64,000 nt of DNA from the NCBI GenBank assembly GCA_012798265.1, contig JAAZNM010000002.1:6890-70889 (forward strand), read 5' to 3'. The DNA comes from Candidatus Roizmanbacteria bacterium (GTDB lineage Bacteria > Patescibacteriota > Microgenomatia > UBA1406 > GWC2-37-13). The notes under the pieces were generated by a model. It was not told the origin of the DNA. It searched no databases and saw only the letters and a program-made list of their open reading frames with translations. The translations under genes were made by a program, and so were the position numbers. Shown piece by piece: positions 63,595 through 64,000 of the stretch (the first letter of the stretch is position 1; each line of letters starts with the position of its first letter).

Positions 63595-64000
63595 ATGGAA
63601 CAAAACCCCCAAGTAGTCTTGAGCTGGAAAGCTCCCTTACGGCCATACAAAAAAAGGGGCAAACTGGTTATGCGTTTTTTTATAGCTGTGGCGCTACTCC
63701 TTTCCTTAATAGTCTTTTTTTTCGGTGACAAAATACTTCTTATCCCCATCTGGTCGTTGCTTTTCCTTTTTTATGCTTTGACCATTACACCACCGCCCGA
63801 GGTAGAGAACAAGATCACCAAGTTTGGGATAGAGACGGCCGGTATCACCCTCAGATGGGAAGCTCTTTCCCATTTTTATTTTAAGGAAAGATTCGGATTC
63901 CAGATACTGACCGTGGTCAGTCTGCCCCCTTATTTTTATCATGCCTATCTGGTCGTCGACAACAAAGAAACAAAAAATAAGCTGGTATCATTGCTGGCAG
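63595..64000 (+). CDS. Partial membrane protein (3' end outside window)
   Basis: The frame is open from ATG 63595 to the window edge (135 codons, no stop): MEQNPQVVLSWKAPLRPYKKRG followed by two TM helices. It is absent from the ORF track because no stop is reached. Confidence 0.6.
   Translation, partial: MEQNPQVVLSWKAPLRPYKKRGKLVMRFFIAVALLLSLIVFFFGDKILLIPIWSLLFLFYALTITPPPEVENKITKFGIETAGITLRWEALSHFYFKERFGFQILTVVSLPPYFYHAYLVVDNKETKNKLVSLLA

Noticed and set aside
63519-63942. Two minus-strand ORFs (76 and 78 aa)
   Set aside because: They lie opposite a longer plus-strand frame that is open from ATG 63595 to the window edge and encodes plausible TM helices.

Overview
The window is a gene-dense (about 90% coding), AT-leaning bacterial segment with no rRNA, CRISPR array, transposase or integrase. 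The gene content looks like a Candidate Phyla Radiation / Patescibacteria genome, but this is inference from content, not a search result. The content supporting that is three GT-C (ArnT/PMT-like) membrane glycosyltransferases, a GT87/DUF2029 protein, an O-antigen-ligase-like protein, a DUF5667 protein, a TrbC/VirB2-like pilin, a ClpB with no N-domain, and many short overlapping operons.

The housekeeping backbone is confident:
- trmD, yidD and clpB
- fba-glpX-gap-pgk
- tRNA-Pro(TGG) and tRNA-Asn(GTT)
- smpB plus tmRNA
- hup, rny, recA-recX and comF
- nrdR-nrdJ-pduO and trxA

The least ordinary stretch is about 20.8-33.6 kb. By eye it is lower in GC and it ends at tRNA-Asn.
- It holds a CsoR-type repressor whose C/G-tract palindrome sits in the spacer of its own, apparently leaderless, promoter. 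That promoter drives a CC-motif membrane protein and a permease, with no P-type ATPase.
- It holds an ArsR-family regulator with vicinal Cys pairs at both termini. This is followed by a separately promoted 58-aa peptide ending CCCGCDDDSCC.
- It holds an RNHCP gene whose zinc-binding half lies out of frame with its ATG.

Other items worth follow-up:
- a membrane-anchored [IV]-P-[IV]-x-x-x hexapeptide-repeat protein translationally coupled to a GT-C glycosyltransferase
- an orphan PEP-synthase/rifampin-phosphotransferase-like enzyme next to the tmRNA
- a squalene/phytoene synthase plus CrtI-type desaturase pair
- a degenerate PP-loop protein with a WCxxCxKC motif
- a perfect 30-bp GC palindrome
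- a 108-aa protein with an IPATG sortase-type sorting signal

All family assignments come from motif recognition by eye. No searches were run.
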